Source: a virus (taxonomy: Duplodnaviria > Caudoviricetes). Taken from it: a DNA stretch of 64,000 nucleotides. The notes under the pieces are model-generated. The model saw nothing but the letters and a program-made list of their open reading frames with translations. It was not told the DNA's origin and ran no database searches. The DNA lies in the IMG/VR virus record IMGVR_UViG_3300028888_000054, one strand, 5' to 3'. Both the position numbers and the translations under genes were made by a program. The number at the start of each line of letters is the position of its first letter. Position 1 is the first letter of the stretch. Shown piece by piece: positions 61,687 to 64,000 of the stretch.

Positions 61687-62148
61687 TTATTTAATTTCTA
61701 CTTTTTTTATTTTATTTTCTACTTTTTTATCTTTTGCAGGGATGATTATTGTAAGGACTCCTTCTTTAAACTCAGCAGTAGTCTTATCGAAATCAAAAAT
61801 ATCTTCTGGCACAAAATACTTATAAGAAAACTCTGATCTTTTAAATGTATCAACCAAAATTTTTGCAGTTGATCTTTTCTTTTCATCATAAGAATTTAAA
61901 TAGTCGTCGAATTCTTTTCTTAATTTTTTACCATATTGATCTGTAGTAGAAAGAATTAAACAATCTTTACCAAAAGAAATGTCTAAATCTTCTTTTGAAT
62001 AACCAGCAAGGGCAAACTTAAATGTTACTTTGTTTTCTCTTTTTACTACTCTTACTGGTGGGAAAGAAGGAACTGAATACTTGTCGATACCAGTAAACAG
62101 TTTCTCATCAAACAGTTTTGTCATTTCATCAAACAAATCATTAATCAT
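61687..62148 (-). CDS. small heat-shock protein (Hsp20)
   Basis: FPP, ALAGYSKEDLDI, AEFKEGVLTIIIP, KKVEIK. Confidence 0.88.
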   Translation of the reverse strand: MINDLFDEMTKLFDEKLFTGIDKYSVPSFPPVRVVKRENKVTFKFALAGYSKEDLDISFGKDCLILSTTDQYGKKLRKEFDDYLNSYDEKKRSTAKILVDTFKRSEFSYKYFVPEDIFDFDKTTAEFKEGVLTIIIPAKDKKVENKIKKVEIK

Positions 62149-62185
62149 TTATATCTCCTTGCCTAACCCCTGACTTTACAGGCAA

Positions 62186-62929
62186 TTAGGACTTAAATTT
62201 CAGAAACATTCCTACTGTTTTATCAAAGTTAACTTTCTTTTTCCAAGATTCGTCTTTTGCCATTGTAGTCGCTGCTGCTGTTAAAGAGGCAACATATATT
62301 GGTTTTACAGAAACAACTACAGAGTTTGAAACTTTATCATATCTATAATCAAAAAGATTTAAAGAATCAAGATTTAAATGTTTTTTTGAAATTTCTTCTA
62401 TAATTCCAAAGACGTTGCTTCTTAATTGGCTGCTTTGTTTTAACATTTTTTTAAAATGTTCAGCGATATATTTTCCATATACCATCTCCATACCATAAAG
62501 TAATACCATTTGTGGTAATTGTCTTCCAAATCTGTAAGATCTAGACATACTCAAAAAATTATCATAAGGTTTACAGTTTTTCAAGCCATCTTTTAGCCAA
62601 TCATCTATGCAAAAAGAAAATCTTGATTTGGTATTATCAAAACTCTCCAATTTGATATATGCTCTATCACTTGGTTTTACCCAGGTTTGTAATTTTGATT
62701 TTAATACACTCTGTTCAACTCTTAAAACCCCTCTTCTTGGAGAATTGTCAAAACACATGTTATTAAATATAAAATAATAGTCATCTCCATTTATGCCGCT
62801 ACTTATAAGCATTGGGTTTATAGCAAAATTAACCGAAGGCTTTGCAGAAATTTCTGTATCTACCCTTCCGCTCAAACCTTTTAATGGATAGCTAAACATA
62901 GTATTACTCATTGTTTCTTTCCTTATCAT
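62186..62929 (-). CDS. hypothetical protein
   Basis: ORF track. Confidence 0.55.
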   Translation of the reverse strand: MIRKETMSNTMFSYPLKGLSGRVDTEISAKPSVNFAINPMLISSGINGDDYYFIFNNMCFDNSPRRGVLRVEQSVLKSKLQTWVKPSDRAYIKLESFDNTKSRFSFCIDDWLKDGLKNCKPYDNFLSMSRSYRFGRQLPQMVLLYGMEMVYGKYIAEHFKKMLKQSSQLRSNVFGIIEEISKKHLNLDSLNLFDYRYDKVSNSVVVSVKPIYVASLTAAATTMAKDESWKKKVNFDKTVGMFLKFKS

Positions 62930-63998
62930 TTATAATTTTTAAAAGTTTTGATTTTGCTTTATCTATATCATAATTAAACTTACTTAATTCTGATACACCA
63001 TACATTTTTGTAAAATCATCTATTACATCTTCTAGCTCGCCGTAATCAGAGGAAGCTTGTGTTTTTCCTGTATACTCCGTATTTTCAATTTTGTCAATAA
63101 TAGCATTTACTTTATTAATGCTAACCTTTGTAGCCGAAGAACCGTTCTTAGGATCTATTTTTTTCATTAATTTTTTATATTTTTCTTCAATCCTTCCGCT
63201 TATTTTTTTGCCAGCGATAGCATTTTTTACTTTTTCTTTTTGGGCTTCCAACTCTTTCATTGAAACATATTCTTTTTCTAATGAAGAATCTATTAGGTTT
63301 TCTATATCTTCTAGGTTTTCTTCACTTTTTTTGATACCTACAGTTTCTTTTTTCTGATGATTGTCTTTTACATCTTTAAATATATTTTCAGAATTTTTAA
63401 ACTCTTTTACTGTTAAGAAATTATTAAACAATCTATATTTTTTACACAAAGCAACATCTTCTTCTGACATTAGTTTTTTTAGCTTTGATTCAAACCGTTT
63501 TAATAGTTTATCTATTTCTTTTTCGGCTTCTATAATTTTGTCAGTTTTTTTATAATACTTTGTTTCTATAAAATCTTCTGGTTTAATTTTTAAATACCAA
63601 TCATTAATGTCTCCAGAATACATTACGCCAGTTGATTTTAATCCCCATATTTTACTTTCATATTGGTTAAGTTCAACTGTTCCTTTTATAGAAATATAAT
63701 TATCAAACTTTTCTTCATAGATTTTTTTAGCAGCTGCTACGGCATCTTTTAAAACCTTTTCGTAGTATTGTCTAAACTCAGACTTTAAAACGTTTGATTT
63801 CATTTTGTTTATTTCTTCTCTTCTTAATTGATATAAAGCAAAAGCATTTTTAAAAGATCCGTGATGGTCTCCAGTATCGCCATTTTTTATTCCTTTTACT
63901 GCAGATATACCCTGCTCTCTAAGCTTATCGATTCTAAATCTTATTTGTTCTCTACTTTCATACCTTGCAGTTCTTCCAGCACCACCAACTTTTATATC
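62904..63998 (-). CDS. hypothetical protein, 5' end outside the window
   Basis: The frame stays open from the window edge (DIKVGGAGRT...) into the 63803 ORF. Confidence 0.6.
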   Translation of the reverse strand, partial: DIKVGGAGRTARYESREQIRFRIDKLREQGISAVKGIKNGDTGDHHGSFKNAFALYQLRREEINKMKSNVLKSEFRQYYEKVLKDAVAAAKKIYEEKFDNYISIKGTVELNQYESKIWGLKSTGVMYSGDINDWYLKIKPEDFIETKYYKKTDKIIEAEKEIDKLLKRFESKLKKLMSEEDVALCKKYRLFNNFLTVKEFKNSENIFKDVKDNHQKKETVGIKKSEENLEDIENLIDSSLEKEYVSMKELEAQKEKVKNAIAGKKISGRIEEKYKKLMKKIDPKNGSSATKVSINKVNAIIDKIENTEYTGKTQASSDYGELEDVIDDFTKMYGVSELSKFNYDIDKAKSKLLKIINDKERNNE

Positions 63999-64000
63999 TT

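Noticed and set aside
639-63555. Many short opposite-strand ORFs in the track (e.g. 639-1088, 8786-9073, 47821-48174, 54048-54458, 63091-63357)
   Set aside because: They are antisense shadows of real genes, rich in F/S/L and lacking an RBS
1-64000. Stop-codon reassignment
   Set aside because: Conserved genes are full length in the standard code, and TAA, TAG and TGA all terminate genes
1-64000. tRNA or rRNA genes
   Set aside because: No cloverleaf or T-loop signatures were seen in the short intergenic gaps by eye; a tRNAscan-SE run would be needed to exclude them formally

Overview
This is a 64-kb, very AT-rich, gene-dense segment of a large tailed dsDNA phage with a T4-like core. It carries gp23-type capsid and gp22-type scaffold genes, gp32 SSB, UvsX, gp41-type helicase, RNase H, gp46/gp47, dUTPase, NADAR, GroEL and Hsp20. 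Almost all genes are on the minus strand; only the scaffold, capsid and one 952-aa protein are on the plus strand. The likely host is a spirochete (Treponema-like), inferred from an intact FlaB-type flagellin gene beside the capsid gene. That gene keeps a sigma28-like promoter and a CsrA-type GGA hairpin over its RBS. Other notable points: (1) an NAD-dependent DNA ligase fractured by a split intein with a free-standing Vsr-like endonuclease between the halves; (2) a family C DNA polymerase (DnaE) split into three ORFs with no intein or intron; (3) dispersed, apparently inactive head-assembly paralogs (a capsid N-terminal fragment and two prohead-protease-like proteins lacking catalytic residues); (4) five DNA methyltransferases, two with nuclease-like partners; (5) a recurring regulatory grammar of terminators fused to promoters, leaderless starts, and a putative late motif AAG(T/A)TAA. 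All calls come from reading motifs by eye; no database searches were run.
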